From positions 1-37,388 of the forward strand of contig CBDURU010000023.1 of assembly GCA_965369865.1 (NCBI GenBank): DNA of 37,388 bases, read 5' to 3'. Shown one piece after another: positions 27,873 to 37,388 of the stretch. Made by a program: the position numbers and the translations under genes. Source of the stretch: an uncultured bacterium (lineage in GTDB: Bacteria > JAJVIF01 > JAPKYR01). Position 1 is the stretch's first letter, and every line of letters starts with the position of its first letter. Below the pieces are notes generated by a model that made no database searches, was not told the origin of the DNA, and worked only from the letters and a program-made list of their open reading frames with translations.

Positions 27873-30365
27873 ATGAGATTCCTTCAGATCGGTGCAATTG
27901 TCTTATTTCTTCTACTCCAGGGTTGCGGAAGTAATGGAAATCCTGTTGCTCCACAATCAGATTATCCTGATAGCCAAACAGTCCTAGCAGATTCTCAGAG
28001 GACGGTTCAATCCAACCGCTATATGTGGGGCATCTGGGATGTGCGCATTTCCGAAGATCGCGAGACTGTCGAAATTATCCCCGACCGAAGCTCCACGATG
28101 CATTTCAACACCGTCAGGCTGATGGAGGAGGTTCCGTGCACGACCTGTATTGTAATTATTATCAATCAGCTTATTCCCCCAGATGTTTTGTCAGTTGATT
28201 TCAGGCTCATGCATCCTTTTCCTGCTCCCATGAACCTTAGCGTTTTCGATTTAAGGGGAATCATCATTAATGGCGCCGATTATACGTTCCCAGCAAGCAA
28301 TCGTTCTGTCGGTATGGGAAATAGTAAGTTGAAACTACTCGATCCCGATGGTTACACATCGCTATTCAACCCAACAGAATTTCCCGAGGATTCCGGCATG
28401 CCTCCGATTTTGAGATATTTTCCTGGCAAGCTCGAGTTGGACGGCGACCTTTCGTCAACGCTGAATCCATTTTTCGCTTACTCGCAGGACCTTCCAAGGC
28501 GGGTGTTTTATCCTGCGTCGTCAGAAACCAGGAATATCCATGTTCGTCTGCCTGATGGACCGATCGAGTTTGGCTATGCCGTGGATGCATCCTGGATGCC
28601 TGTTGATTATGTTTTCAATCCGATTTTCGATTTCCCGCCCGAGGCCAATTGTGTCGAGGCTTACAAAATCGCCCTTCCTGATTACATGGAGGTCAACTCT
28701 GGTGAGATGTCAGAAATCACGGTTGAGATTTTCGATCACCAGGGGATTGAAACTATCTCATCGGTAACTCTTGAAGCGCCTGAAATTTTTTCGGGTGTGA
28801 TCCCGTTTGATTTTGTTGGATCGACCGGCATTGAGAGTTGCACATATTCCGGTGAGATCACGAATGAGTTTAATGCGGATTTAGGAAATTATCCGCTCCT
28901 TGTCAGGGTGACCGATAAATTTCAGGATAACATACACGGCCAGGTTGATGCATGGCAGATCGGTGAAATGACCGTAGTCGAACCTCAAGAACCAATCAGC
29001 GGCTGGGCACGTACCTGGGGTGGCTCAGACTATGATCGAGGCTATGGAGTTGCCACTGACGACTCCGGGAATGTCTACGTTACAGGTTATTTCGAGAGCA
29101 CAGTCGATTTCGACCCAGGTGGCGGCGATCCGCATACCTCAAATGGCAATGGGGATGTCTTCCTGAGCAAGTTCGATTCATCGGGTAACTTCGAGTGGGT
29201 GCGAACCTGGGGTGGATCAGAATGGGCGATTGGCCGGGAAGTTGCCGCTGACGGTTCCGGGAATGTCTACGTTACAGGCTATTTCAGTGGCACAGTCGAT
29301 TTCGATCCCGGAGGTGGCGATCCACACACATCGAATGGTGGACGGGATGTCTTCCTGAGCAAGTTCGATTCGTCGGGTAACTTCGAATGGGCACGGACCT
29401 GGGGTGGATCATCCTGGGATAGTGGCTTGGGAGTTGCCGCTGACAGCTCTGGGAATGTCTACGTTACAGGCTACTTCTGGGGCACAGTCTATTTCGACCC
29501 CGGTGGTGACGATCCGCACACATCGAATGGTGGACGGGATGTCTTCCTGAGCAAGTTCGATTCATCGGGTAACTTCAAGTGGGTGCAGACCTGGGGTGGA
29601 TCGGACAGTAATTATGGCTGGGGAGTTTCCGCTGACGGTTCCGGGAATGTCTACGTTACGGGCCATTTTACGGGCACAGTCTATTTCGACCCAGGTGGAG
29701 GCGATCCGCACACATCGAATGGTTCTATAGATGTCTTCCTGAGCAAATTCGATTCATCGGGTAACTTTGAGTGGGCGCGGACCTGGGGTGGATCAGGATG
29801 GGATCGAGGCTGTGTTGTTGCCGCTGATGGCTCTGGGAATGTCTACATTACAGGTTATTTCGAGGGCACAGCCGACTTCGACCCGGGTGGTGGAGATCCG
29901 CATACCTCAAATGGCGATTGGGATGTTTTCCTGAGCAAGTTCGATTCATCGGGTAACTTCAAGTGGGCGCGGACCTGGGGTGGGCCAGAGATAGATTTTG
30001 GCCTGAGTGTTGCTGCTGATGGCTCTGGGAATGTCTACATTACAGGTTATTTCGAGGGCACAGTAGATTTCAATCCCGGAGATGGCGATCCGCACACATC
30101 GAATGGTGGACGGGATGTCTTCCTGAGCAAGTTCGATTCGTCGGGTAACTTCGAATGGGCGCGGACCTGGGGTGGCTCAGATTATGATCTTGGCCTTGGT
30201 GTTGCCGTTGACGGCTCCGGGTATGTCTATGTTACAGGCTATTTCGAGAGTAAAGTTGATTTCGCTCCGACCGATCAACCCTGCAACGAGGAGATGGATG
30301 AACACACCTCGAATGGAGGCTATGATTTATTCCTGATCAAATACCTCCCGGACGGCTGCTGGTAA
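27873..30365 (+). CDS. lipoprotein with a C-terminal 7-repeat SBBP-like beta-propeller
   Basis: LLLQGC lipobox; seven repeats of W.RTWGG...G..VA.DGSGNVYVTGYF...DVFLSKFDSSGNF. Confidence 0.85.
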   Translation: MRFLQIGAIVLFLLLQGCGSNGNPVAPQSDYPDSQTVLADSQRTVQSNRYMWGIWDVRISEDRETVEIIPDRSSTMHFNTVRLMEEVPCTTCIVIIINQLIPPDVLSVDFRLMHPFPAPMNLSVFDLRGIIINGADYTFPASNRSVGMGNSKLKLLDPDGYTSLFNPTEFPEDSGMPPILRYFPGKLELDGDLSSTLNPFFAYSQDLPRRVFYPASSETRNIHVRLPDGPIEFGYAVDASWMPVDYVFNPIFDFPPEANCVEAYKIALPDYMEVNSGEMSEITVEIFDHQGIETISSVTLEAPEIFSGVIPFDFVGSTGIESCTYSGEITNEFNADLGNYPLLVRVTDKFQDNIHGQVDAWQIGEMTVVEPQEPISGWARTWGGSDYDRGYGVATDDSGNVYVTGYFESTVDFDPGGGDPHTSNGNGDVFLSKFDSSGNFEWVRTWGGSEWAIGREVAADGSGNVYVTGYFSGTVDFDPGGGDPHTSNGGRDVFLSKFDSSGNFEWARTWGGSSWDSGLGVAADSSGNVYVTGYFWGTVYFDPGGDDPHTSNGGRDVFLSKFDSSGNFKWVQTWGGSDSNYGWGVSADGSGNVYVTGHFTGTVYFDPGGGDPHTSNGSIDVFLSKFDSSGNFEWARTWGGSGWDRGCVVAADGSGNVYITGYFEGTADFDPGGGDPHTSNGDWDVFLSKFDSSGNFKWARTWGGPEIDFGLSVAADGSGNVYITGYFEGTVDFNPGDGDPHTSNGGRDVFLSKFDSSGNFEWARTWGGSDYDLGLGVAVDGSGYVYVTGYFESKVDFAPTDQPCNEEMDEHTSNGGYDLFLIKYLPDGCW
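29004..30347 (+). repeat. seven tandem 192-bp (64-codon) intragenic repeats
   Basis: Units start at 29004, 29196, 29388, 29580, 29772, 29964 and 30156; the last is slightly divergent. Confidence 0.9.
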
Positions 30366-30393
30366 CTAACCCCAAAAATGGCTGCCAGAAAAT

Positions 30394-30924
30394 TCAATCC
30401 GTCAGATAATCCTCGTCCTCTTCCAGGTCTATATCCGCATCCAGGTCGACATCGTTCGGAGGCGCGGGTGCCGATCCCCCCGCCCCGGCAGCCTGGGGCA
30501 CTTTCTGTTGCGATTCAGCACCATTTTGAGACCCGGGAAATTGCGCATATCCTCCACCACCGCCCGGATCAGCGGGAACACTTTCACGCACACCCTTGGG
30601 AGTCAACATTTCCATCTGATCAATCTCAATTGTTGTGGAGTAACGTTTAACGCCGTCCTGCCCGGTGTATTCACTCCTTCGCAGCCTGCCTTCAACATAG
30701 ATCTTGCTGCCCTTGTCGAGGTACTGCCCGCAAATTTCCGCGAGTCCTCGCCATGCGGTAAGTCGATGCCATTCAGTATGTTCCTTTTTCTGGCCGGACT
30801 CATCGGTACCCCATCGTTCGGTTGTCGCGAGTGTAAAATTCGCAACCGGAATACCGCTCGATGTATATCGTATTTCAGGTTTCCGTCCTAAATTACCAAT
30901 CAGGATAACTTTATTAACTCCCAT
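30394..30924 (-). CDS. ssb: single-stranded DNA-binding protein
   Basis: VNKVILIGNLG, EHTEWHR, KGSKIYVEGRL; Gly/Pro/Gln linker and acidic tail; RBS AAGGAG; TGcTATAAT upstream. Confidence 0.95.
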   Translation of the reverse strand: MGVNKVILIGNLGRKPEIRYTSSGIPVANFTLATTERWGTDESGQKKEHTEWHRLTAWRGLAEICGQYLDKGSKIYVEGRLRRSEYTGQDGVKRYSTTIEIDQMEMLTPKGVRESVPADPGGGGGYAQFPGSQNGAESQQKVPQAAGAGGSAPAPPNDVDLDADIDLEEDEDYLTD

Positions 30925-31097
30925 GTGCTTCTCCTTGATATTCTGTCTGTATTATTTTTCTCAGGCATTATAGCATGCCGTTCGGAAGTTGCATCTTTCA
31001 ATACCCTAACGCCCGGGATCGGCAAAACCTGACATAAAAAATGGCGGATTGTTAAAAATTATTGAAATTCGACCGCATCCCGCATGGACTGAAATTA

Positions 31098-32135
31098 CTA
31101 TAATCCGGCTGCTGTCTTCAATTTCATCGCCCGGGTTCTTTCATCATCTGTCAAATACCTGTTCACAACCGGATGCTCGTGCGCAAGATAATCGGGATGG
31201 TACTGGAACATCAGATTGAATCTAGCGTTCGGGAGATTATCCTTCGTCCACCCGATAAGTTTTGCGGTACAACACTCGACATGGCCCGGCAACACCAGGT
31301 GACGAATTAGGATCTCTGAAACTTCACGCTCAATTAAAAGGTTTCGGGTGATTACATCCCAGTAACCTTTTATCCCGGACAACTCCTTCGCACATTCGCT
31401 GTTGCCGTATTTGAAATCGGCGAGATGCACGTCCGCCACGCCTGTAAGCAGCTCGAGCGAATCGACTGTCATGTAATTGTTGGAGTTCCAGACAATCGGA
31501 CGGCTGTAACCACGCTTTTCCAGATCAACCATCATGCGGAGGATCGTGGCTATATGCTGATCGGGATTTCCCCCAACCAGATTGAGATTCCTCGCCGATC
31601 TACCCCGCTTTAGAATTATTTTTAACAGGTTATCATCCGCTTTATTCCCCATATCGTTCGCTGCAAGGCTATCGTTTCCGGTGCTCGCGATATCCCAGTT
31701 CTGGCAGTATAAACACTTGAAAGTACATCCGGTAAAAAAAACCGTATGCGATGGTACCAGCTCCGGTTCCTCCCCCACATGCAAAAATTCACTCGCGTAG
31801 AAACTATCCTTCCCTACTTTACAGTTCCCCCTCTGACCGGATAATCGATCCACCCGGCACCGGTTTTCGCACAGGATACAATCAGCGAGTATTCTCCTGG
31901 CAATAATCGCTTTCAATTCAAGGAGCGAGATTTCATTTCGAGGGAAATAATCGGGGATATCGGGATTTGGGGATTCGAGAAACGGGACGATCAGTGCATG
32001 GTGCCTTTTTTGGAGTTCCTCGAGATCCAGCAAAGCCGCTCCACCGGAATCCATTCCCGCAGAAATCGATGCCGCGATCCTGAACCTCGGCTCAAGTTTG
32101 CCCTCAAGAATCCGGAAGTACGAAATTAATGGCAT
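31098..32135 (-). CDS. radical SAM protein, PflX-like (PFL-activating-enzyme-related)
   Basis: CILCENRC.VDR, HVGEEPELVPSHTVFFTGCTFKCLYCQN (CxxxCxxC), DFKYGN, LIRHLVLPGHVECC, MFQYHP. Confidence 0.88.
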   Translation of the reverse strand: MPLISYFRILEGKLEPRFRIAASISAGMDSGGAALLDLEELQKRHHALIVPFLESPNPDIPDYFPRNEISLLELKAIIARRILADCILCENRCRVDRLSGQRGNCKVGKDSFYASEFLHVGEEPELVPSHTVFFTGCTFKCLYCQNWDIASTGNDSLAANDMGNKADDNLLKIILKRGRSARNLNLVGGNPDQHIATILRMMVDLEKRGYSRPIVWNSNNYMTVDSLELLTGVADVHLADFKYGNSECAKELSGIKGYWDVITRNLLIEREVSEILIRHLVLPGHVECCTAKLIGWTKDNLPNARFNLMFQYHPDYLAHEHPVVNRYLTDDERTRAMKLKTAAGL

Positions 32136-32145
32136 CTTTACCCGT

Positions 32146-34464
32146 TTATTCCGGCGTTTCCTCTTCCTCCCCCTCAGCATCTCTTTTCTCGCGTTCCTCC
32201 TCAACATCAACCATAACTCTCGTCTGCACAGATCCCATAGCCTCGAAAACATTTGTTGTCAGGAACATAAACGCTTCATTGCTGAGAAGCGAATGTTTGC
32301 CCTCGCGATTCACAGCCACATTTCCATTGAGGTAAACCATATCCAGGCTGCTCATATACCGCATGAAATCGGTTGTAAGGTCCTGGTTATCCTGTTCGCC
32401 GAAAACCGCCCCGATCGCCTCGGCATTTTCATCCACCGTCCAGACATGGAGCATGTCGCACGATCCGTTCGCCCACTTGCGATACTGCTCGATATCCTCC
32501 TCGGTCTCATCCTCTTCATTCACGACATCGTATTCAAACAGCCAGTCACCATTTTCCTGGCGGATAAAAACGTTCCCATGCATAAAAATTTCATCCCTGC
32601 CACCCTCATATTCCTCGGGAATTCCCTCGGTAGCGAGTTCAAGTTCGCTATCGGCGACTTGTGTAAGAGCCTCGAGGGAATCGTGTTCTTCTTCAACCTC
32701 ATCGGGATCAGAATCCGTATCCGGCTCTTCACCGGGAATTACCGGCACATTGACATCGAAAGGATCGTGAATTCCTGGAACGGTACCACCGTCAAAATCA
32801 ATTCCTCCCGATTCGAGAAGGTCTTCAATATCGATCTGCTCATCCCCTGTGAAATCGGAAATATATTCTTCGATACCCTCAATATCTTCTTCCGATATCC
32901 CGGGTATCCCAAGGTCTGTCGGGCCGGATTCTTCCGATCCTTCACCCGCGAGTCCCGATTCCCTGATTTCCTCCTCGAATTCCCTGATCACCTCCGGTCC
33001 ATCTGTTTCTGTTTCCAATGTATAAATTTCCCATGGGACATAATTCGGGGGAAATTCGCTGGCATATCTGAGCGACCCGTATCCGGGCGGTTTTATCCAG
33101 ATACGTTCTTCCTCGACCTCCTCCTCGATTACAGGCTCATCCTCTTCCAGAAGGTTGCGGGGCACTTCCGGTTCCACTACTTCCTCCTCTTCCTCCTCCT
33201 CGTCCGGATCGGTAAACAGCAACGTGAAATAGTCGCATTCAGCATGTTTATCCTCCTGGTGGAAATAAACAACATCTGAATCGACACTTCTGAGCTGAAG
33301 CCATCCATTGCTGAATTCCGCCTCCGCTTCATCGCATGTGACTGTGGTAGGGACACTAAGCAGGGCGCGTTTTATCCTGTCGCCCCTGGTCGGTGGATCC
33401 TCCTCGTCCTCAACAATCCGATGCTCGTACATCCACAACCCATCCGCTTGCCAGAATTCGCAGTTTCCGGTAAAAAGCATGTATTCCGTTTCATCTTCAC
33501 CGTGGAATTCATCCCCCTCGGCGGTTTTATCCGGTTGTTCGAACCTGACCCCGTTATGAGCATCGAAAATATCGTTCTCGTAATCGTATTCCGCATCGGT
33601 GAAAGTGATGATCGTGTCGTGTTGCTTTAAGGCGTACTCAAGTCGCTCCCTTCGGGTTGAGTCTTCACCCGGTTCTTCAGCATCCTCATCCGCATACACC
33701 AGAAGCGTGCTCGGACCAAAGATATATATCATCTTCTCGTCTTCCGCGTCATGGATCTCTAATTCGTCGCATTCGAGCGTAAAATCGGCATCATCGACAA
33801 ACACCCTTCCTTCCCCGAAGAAATGGTATATCTCGGTTTTCTCGTCGAGGATCGCTTCATCGCTGGAAATAATGGTGGTGTCGTAGATCACCATACTGTG
33901 CCCGCGGATTTCCGTAAGTCCTGCGCTCTTCTGGTAATAAATCCAGTCACCGGCGACATCGGTAAATTCGACACCTTCCTCTAAAATCTCGGGTAGTGGA
34001 CCGAGACCAGTGATATCCGGTATGGGAGCTTCCCTGACAACGAGTTCATAGAATGGATCGTACGGCCGCGCGTTGAAAATTGTCCGTTCTTCAACGCCAG
34101 CGCTGATTTCGATCTCCTCACCGGTAATCTCCCCTGTCATACCGATCTCCGGCAGGACAAACAGATATCCATCTCCTGTGCCCGGGGATTCCTGGAACGG
34201 CTCTATTTCCTGTTCATCTTCCCCATCGCTCAGTTGTACGGCATCTTCGGTTTCGTAACCTGATTCATCGATTGCTTCAATCTCATTTATGTCATTACCC
34301 GGGTCAGGCTCAACCGGGTCCTGGGCATTAAGGAGCGACGGAAGCAACATCATTCCAGCAATCACCACAACAATCAGAACCAGCACATTTCTAAGCGCGA
34401 TATCGTGCGACTGTGATTCCCGCATGTCATGAGAGGTGCCGGGTTGTTCAATTCGACCGTTCAT
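32146..34464 (-). CDS. large acidic OstA/LptA-like beta-jellyroll protein
   Basis: N-terminal hydrophobic signal or anchor; repeated OstA-like strand motifs (AHNGVRFEQ, FTGNCEFWQ, MHGNVFIRQ, LNGNVAV, AMGSVQT); Glu/Asp/Pro-rich insertion; follows the LptC-like gene. Confidence 0.6.
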   Translation of the reverse strand: MNGRIEQPGTSHDMRESQSHDIALRNVLVLIVVVIAGMMLLPSLLNAQDPVEPDPGNDINEIEAIDESGYETEDAVQLSDGEDEQEIEPFQESPGTGDGYLFVLPEIGMTGEITGEEIEISAGVEERTIFNARPYDPFYELVVREAPIPDITGLGPLPEILEEGVEFTDVAGDWIYYQKSAGLTEIRGHSMVIYDTTIISSDEAILDEKTEIYHFFGEGRVFVDDADFTLECDELEIHDAEDEKMIYIFGPSTLLVYADEDAEEPGEDSTRRERLEYALKQHDTIITFTDAEYDYENDIFDAHNGVRFEQPDKTAEGDEFHGEDETEYMLFTGNCEFWQADGLWMYEHRIVEDEEDPPTRGDRIKRALLSVPTTVTCDEAEAEFSNGWLQLRSVDSDVVYFHQEDKHAECDYFTLLFTDPDEEEEEEEVVEPEVPRNLLEEDEPVIEEEVEEERIWIKPPGYGSLRYASEFPPNYVPWEIYTLETETDGPEVIREFEEEIRESGLAGEGSEESGPTDLGIPGISEEDIEGIEEYISDFTGDEQIDIEDLLESGGIDFDGGTVPGIHDPFDVNVPVIPGEEPDTDSDPDEVEEEHDSLEALTQVADSELELATEGIPEEYEGGRDEIFMHGNVFIRQENGDWLFEYDVVNEEDETEEDIEQYRKWANGSCDMLHVWTVDENAEAIGAVFGEQDNQDLTTDFMRYMSSLDMVYLNGNVAVNREGKHSLLSNEAFMFLTTNVFEAMGSVQTRVMVDVEEEREKRDAEGEEEETPE

Positions 34465-34484
34465 GCTTTTCTAACCAGGGATTT

Positions 34485-37211
34485 TCATCCATCCCGGTTG
34501 CCTGGATCCGGTTCATCCCCCTGTTGGCCTTCTTCCGGTTCCCCGGACTCCTCTTCTTCGGCATTGTCTTCTGTTTCATCCTCCCCTTCATCTTCAATAA
34601 CAATGAGTTCACCGGGATCGAAAGGCGTAACCGGTTCGGTATCTCCACTCGATAATTCAAAAGCATCATAGCCAAAATCTTCACCGGTAAATCCATGCCC
34701 CATGAAAAATTCCGGGTCCTCGGTACCCGCCACGCTCACCTCAACTTCATCGAAATCCGGCACATCGATTCCATCTGAAAGCGAGAAGAGGTCTCTCCCC
34801 GACCCGACATCCGCGCCAAGGTTCTCATCAAGTTCCTCATCACTAACCTGTTCTGAACGCTCCAATTCTTCTCTTTCGGCATCGGGAAGGAATTCAATCG
34901 GTGGTATCGGGGGTGGATTTTCAATCGCGTCACTCCAGTCGCCCAGCCCGGACGCCGTGCGATTTTCGAGAAGTCTCGTACGGGCGTCATCCTCCGGCTT
35001 ACGATCCTCGTCATCGCGGAGTTCTTCGAGATTGTCCTCATATTCTTCAGGAATCTTATTCCTCGCGATAGCGGCGCCTTCAGCTATATATTCTTCCAGC
35101 TTCAGGTCCATCGTCAGAAGTGCAGCCTGTAGCTGATCGCCATCGACATGCACGTAATCGACACTCCCAGCCATAACCAGCATCTCATTTTCTTCTTCGT
35201 ACTGCGACCTGTCGGCAGTTATAACCTGTTCTTCCTGCCTGAAAACGACATTCCCGAAACCCCACGTCACTTTTTTACTGTATGATAAAATCGCGTCGGC
35301 GGTTATAACTGACGGTTTCCGGACATCCTCCCTCGCCCTTTCATCCTCGACATCCTCGATCGCACCGCTGGTTTCCCACCATTCCCCCGAATACTGGTGC
35401 ACTATCACATCCCCCCACGCCTGGGTAAGTTTCGTTCGCTCGTAGTAAATAAAATTGTCGGCTTCAGTATCCTTCTCAGGCTGAATCGAGAGAACCCGGC
35501 CATACCCTTCAGTGATATCGGTCTCCCAGTTCTGTACCAGGTAATTGGCGATCATTTGCGTCGGTGTTTCTGAAAGCGCCTGGCTTACCCGGCTTTCGTC
35601 CGGATCTTCCTCGCCAATATCGTAAAACCTCGCGTCCACCCGGCGGATTGCCTCGATCTGGTGATCGCCCAGGAATATGTGCAGTTCCTCGCTCCAGATT
35701 TTCTTGTTCTTCCGATAGCAGAAAACCAGGCCGTCGCGAAGCTCAGCGTATGGATCAAAATTCATGTCTGTTTCAAACAGCTCAGCATCAAGGTCCGATG
35801 AGATTTCCCAGTTCGTGATGTATGAATAATCCGGGACAGTAAGGACATTTTCCGAATCGCCCCTTGGAAGTTTGGGAATGCTGAGGATAATTTCGGGGCT
35901 TAAACCCATCGGTCCGGATACAACCGGTTCAGTTCTTTCCACAAGAAGGACATCGCCGTTTGCCAAACCGGTCGGACCGGTTAAACCCTCTTCCGCAAAA
36001 TCGATACCACTTGGACTATACTGACCCGGCATCCCGGGGATAATGTCACCCATCCCACCGGCTGACAGGTCAATTGCCTCGCCAACCGTACCCGGAATTC
36101 CTCCTGTATTTAATTCAGATTCAAGTTGTTCGCCAAACCGTCTGAACATGCCCCCTTCGAATAAATCCGTGCCGCCTGCCGACAAATCAAGCGGATCGGG
36201 TCCCGGCGGGGGAACTGGAGATCCGGGAATCCCAGTCCGGGGGATCGAAGATGTAACCGGGGGTTCATAAGGCTCAACCTCCGCTCTCGGAAATTCAGTG
36301 ATCTCCCCGGCAAGGAAGGCTTCCATTTCGGGGCTGAGATCCATCTCCGCGATCGAAATTTGAATTGCTTCAATATAATCCGGGTCCAGCAGTAAGACGC
36401 TTGGATCGAACATCGACGGGGGCGGGGGTGGTAGAAGGTTTCCTTCCGCGTCGATTTTATATTTCCGCTGGATCACGAGAGGTATATACGGGTAACACAA
36501 ACAGATTTTTTCTGATTTATCGTAGTGGACATACTTGGCCAGGATATTCATCCCATCCCCGCCTTCGGTGTCATCGAGGTCCTCGATCGGGAAATCCCCT
36601 TCCCTCGTGACAAAATTCTCGCCCTCAAGCCCGATAACAAACATCTCGACATCGCCTATAAAGTCGATTGTCACGAGGTCGTCATCGGAATAGAGTGAGT
36701 TCGCGATTATGTGATTATCCTCGACCCAGAAATCCACAAACTCGGGGCACGAAAGGGTTTTGGTGCGCTCCTCCCAGATCAGGACCTCCGTATCGAGAAG
36801 CGTGGTGCCGTCGGCGGATTCCACCTCGACATTTCCCGTAAGCGTGAGTTCCTCTCTTGGCTTATCCCAGTCGCCATGATCCCCGCTGATCAATAAATTT
36901 TCCTCGCCGCCCTTGAAAAGTATCAGTTCGTAAATTCGATAGAGTTCGCTCGACTCCGATTCCTTCTCGGTATCGACAACCTCGCTCCTGATTTCCCAGA
37001 CCTTAGCGCCGTCTTCATAACCGAAAGCGACCGGCTCATCGATACGTGTGATGGTCGCTTTCTCCTCAACAAACATCTCCTCAAGTTCTTCCTTCGCGGC
37101 TTCCCCGCTTATCAGGACAAGGTAAATCAGCACGAGGATGATGCCGCCCGTGACTCCGAAATTCCTGAGGCCGTTCAGGAGTTGATTTTTCCATGTATAA
37201 CGGGATTCCAT
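34485..37211 (-). CDS. lptC: large LptC-like protein with a C-terminal OstA-like domain and acidic insertions
   Basis: N-terminal TM, then an LptC-like segment (GAKVWEIRS, LTLTGNVEV, LDTEVLIW, IDFIGDVEM); later WGDVIV, FGNVVF, ITADRSQY, MAGSV. Confidence 0.65.
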   Translation of the reverse strand: MESRYTWKNQLLNGLRNFGVTGGIILVLIYLVLISGEAAKEELEEMFVEEKATITRIDEPVAFGYEDGAKVWEIRSEVVDTEKESESSELYRIYELILFKGGEENLLISGDHGDWDKPREELTLTGNVEVESADGTTLLDTEVLIWEERTKTLSCPEFVDFWVEDNHIIANSLYSDDDLVTIDFIGDVEMFVIGLEGENFVTREGDFPIEDLDDTEGGDGMNILAKYVHYDKSEKICLCYPYIPLVIQRKYKIDAEGNLLPPPPPSMFDPSVLLLDPDYIEAIQISIAEMDLSPEMEAFLAGEITEFPRAEVEPYEPPVTSSIPRTGIPGSPVPPPGPDPLDLSAGGTDLFEGGMFRRFGEQLESELNTGGIPGTVGEAIDLSAGGMGDIIPGMPGQYSPSGIDFAEEGLTGPTGLANGDVLLVERTEPVVSGPMGLSPEIILSIPKLPRGDSENVLTVPDYSYITNWEISSDLDAELFETDMNFDPYAELRDGLVFCYRKNKKIWSEELHIFLGDHQIEAIRRVDARFYDIGEEDPDESRVSQALSETPTQMIANYLVQNWETDITEGYGRVLSIQPEKDTEADNFIYYERTKLTQAWGDVIVHQYSGEWWETSGAIEDVEDERAREDVRKPSVITADAILSYSKKVTWGFGNVVFRQEEQVITADRSQYEEENEMLVMAGSVDYVHVDGDQLQAALLTMDLKLEEYIAEGAAIARNKIPEEYEDNLEELRDDEDRKPEDDARTRLLENRTASGLGDWSDAIENPPPIPPIEFLPDAEREELERSEQVSDEELDENLGADVGSGRDLFSLSDGIDVPDFDEVEVSVAGTEDPEFFMGHGFTGEDFGYDAFELSSGDTEPVTPFDPGELIVIEDEGEDETEDNAEEEESGEPEEGQQGDEPDPGNRDG

Positions 37212-37388
37212 ATGTGAAATCCACCCTCTACTACAGACTCATTGTACAATTGCAACGTTCAAATCGCCAGTAAAATATGAACATTAATTTTTACACTCTT
37301 GTCCAATATAAAATTTCCTCTAATGGTTTGAAGTAAGGATTTCCCCTGCGTGCCGTTAGCTTCCAGCTATCGGATAGCAAGTGCCGAC

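Noticed and set aside
29004..30347. Diversity-generating retroelement target or CRISPR-like array
   Set aside because: The repeats are in-frame 64-codon protein repeats. Variable codons differ at all three positions (TGG, ATA, CGA, CGG), not the pattern expected from adenine mutagenesis of AAY codons. No reverse transcriptase, template repeat or cas gene is in the window.
32098..33279. 393-aa plus-strand ORF
   Set aside because: Antisense shadow of the Glu/Asp-rich minus-strand gene: its Phe/Leu/Ile richness mirrors GAA/GAG/GAT codons, and it has no recognisable motifs.
37212..37388. 3' end of an upstream minus-strand gene
   Set aside because: Open frames run off the window edge but are too short to assign.

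Overview
Chromosomal window from an apparently diderm bacterium (LptC/LptA-like genes present). It is mostly core and envelope genes: a zinc-ribbon/vWA/FHA/Yip1 operon, five GT-C (ArnT/PMT-like) membrane glycosyltransferases, scpA-scpB-DD-carboxypeptidase, a decayed chemotaxis operon fragment (cheX, cheY, truncated cheD, cheY), rhomboid and CPBP proteases, an orphan phnC, an NDP-sugar epimerase, a Nudix hydrolase, rqcH/NFACT, a cold-shock gene, a lipoprotein with seven 192-bp beta-propeller repeats, ssb, a PflX-like radical SAM gene and two very large acidic LptA/LptC-like proteins. The standout is an AT-rich cassette at about 17400-18280 on the minus strand. It reads: promoter with overlapping palindrome, then a ~65-nt three-way-junction RNA (G-U wobbles fix the strand), a U-tract, an RBS and a DUF3800 (RNase H-like) gene with a C-terminal Cys/His motif. 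This layout resembles an RNA-protein (type III TA-like or defence) module. No rRNA, tRNA, CRISPR array or transposase was recognised. All family calls come from motifs read by eye; no searches were run.
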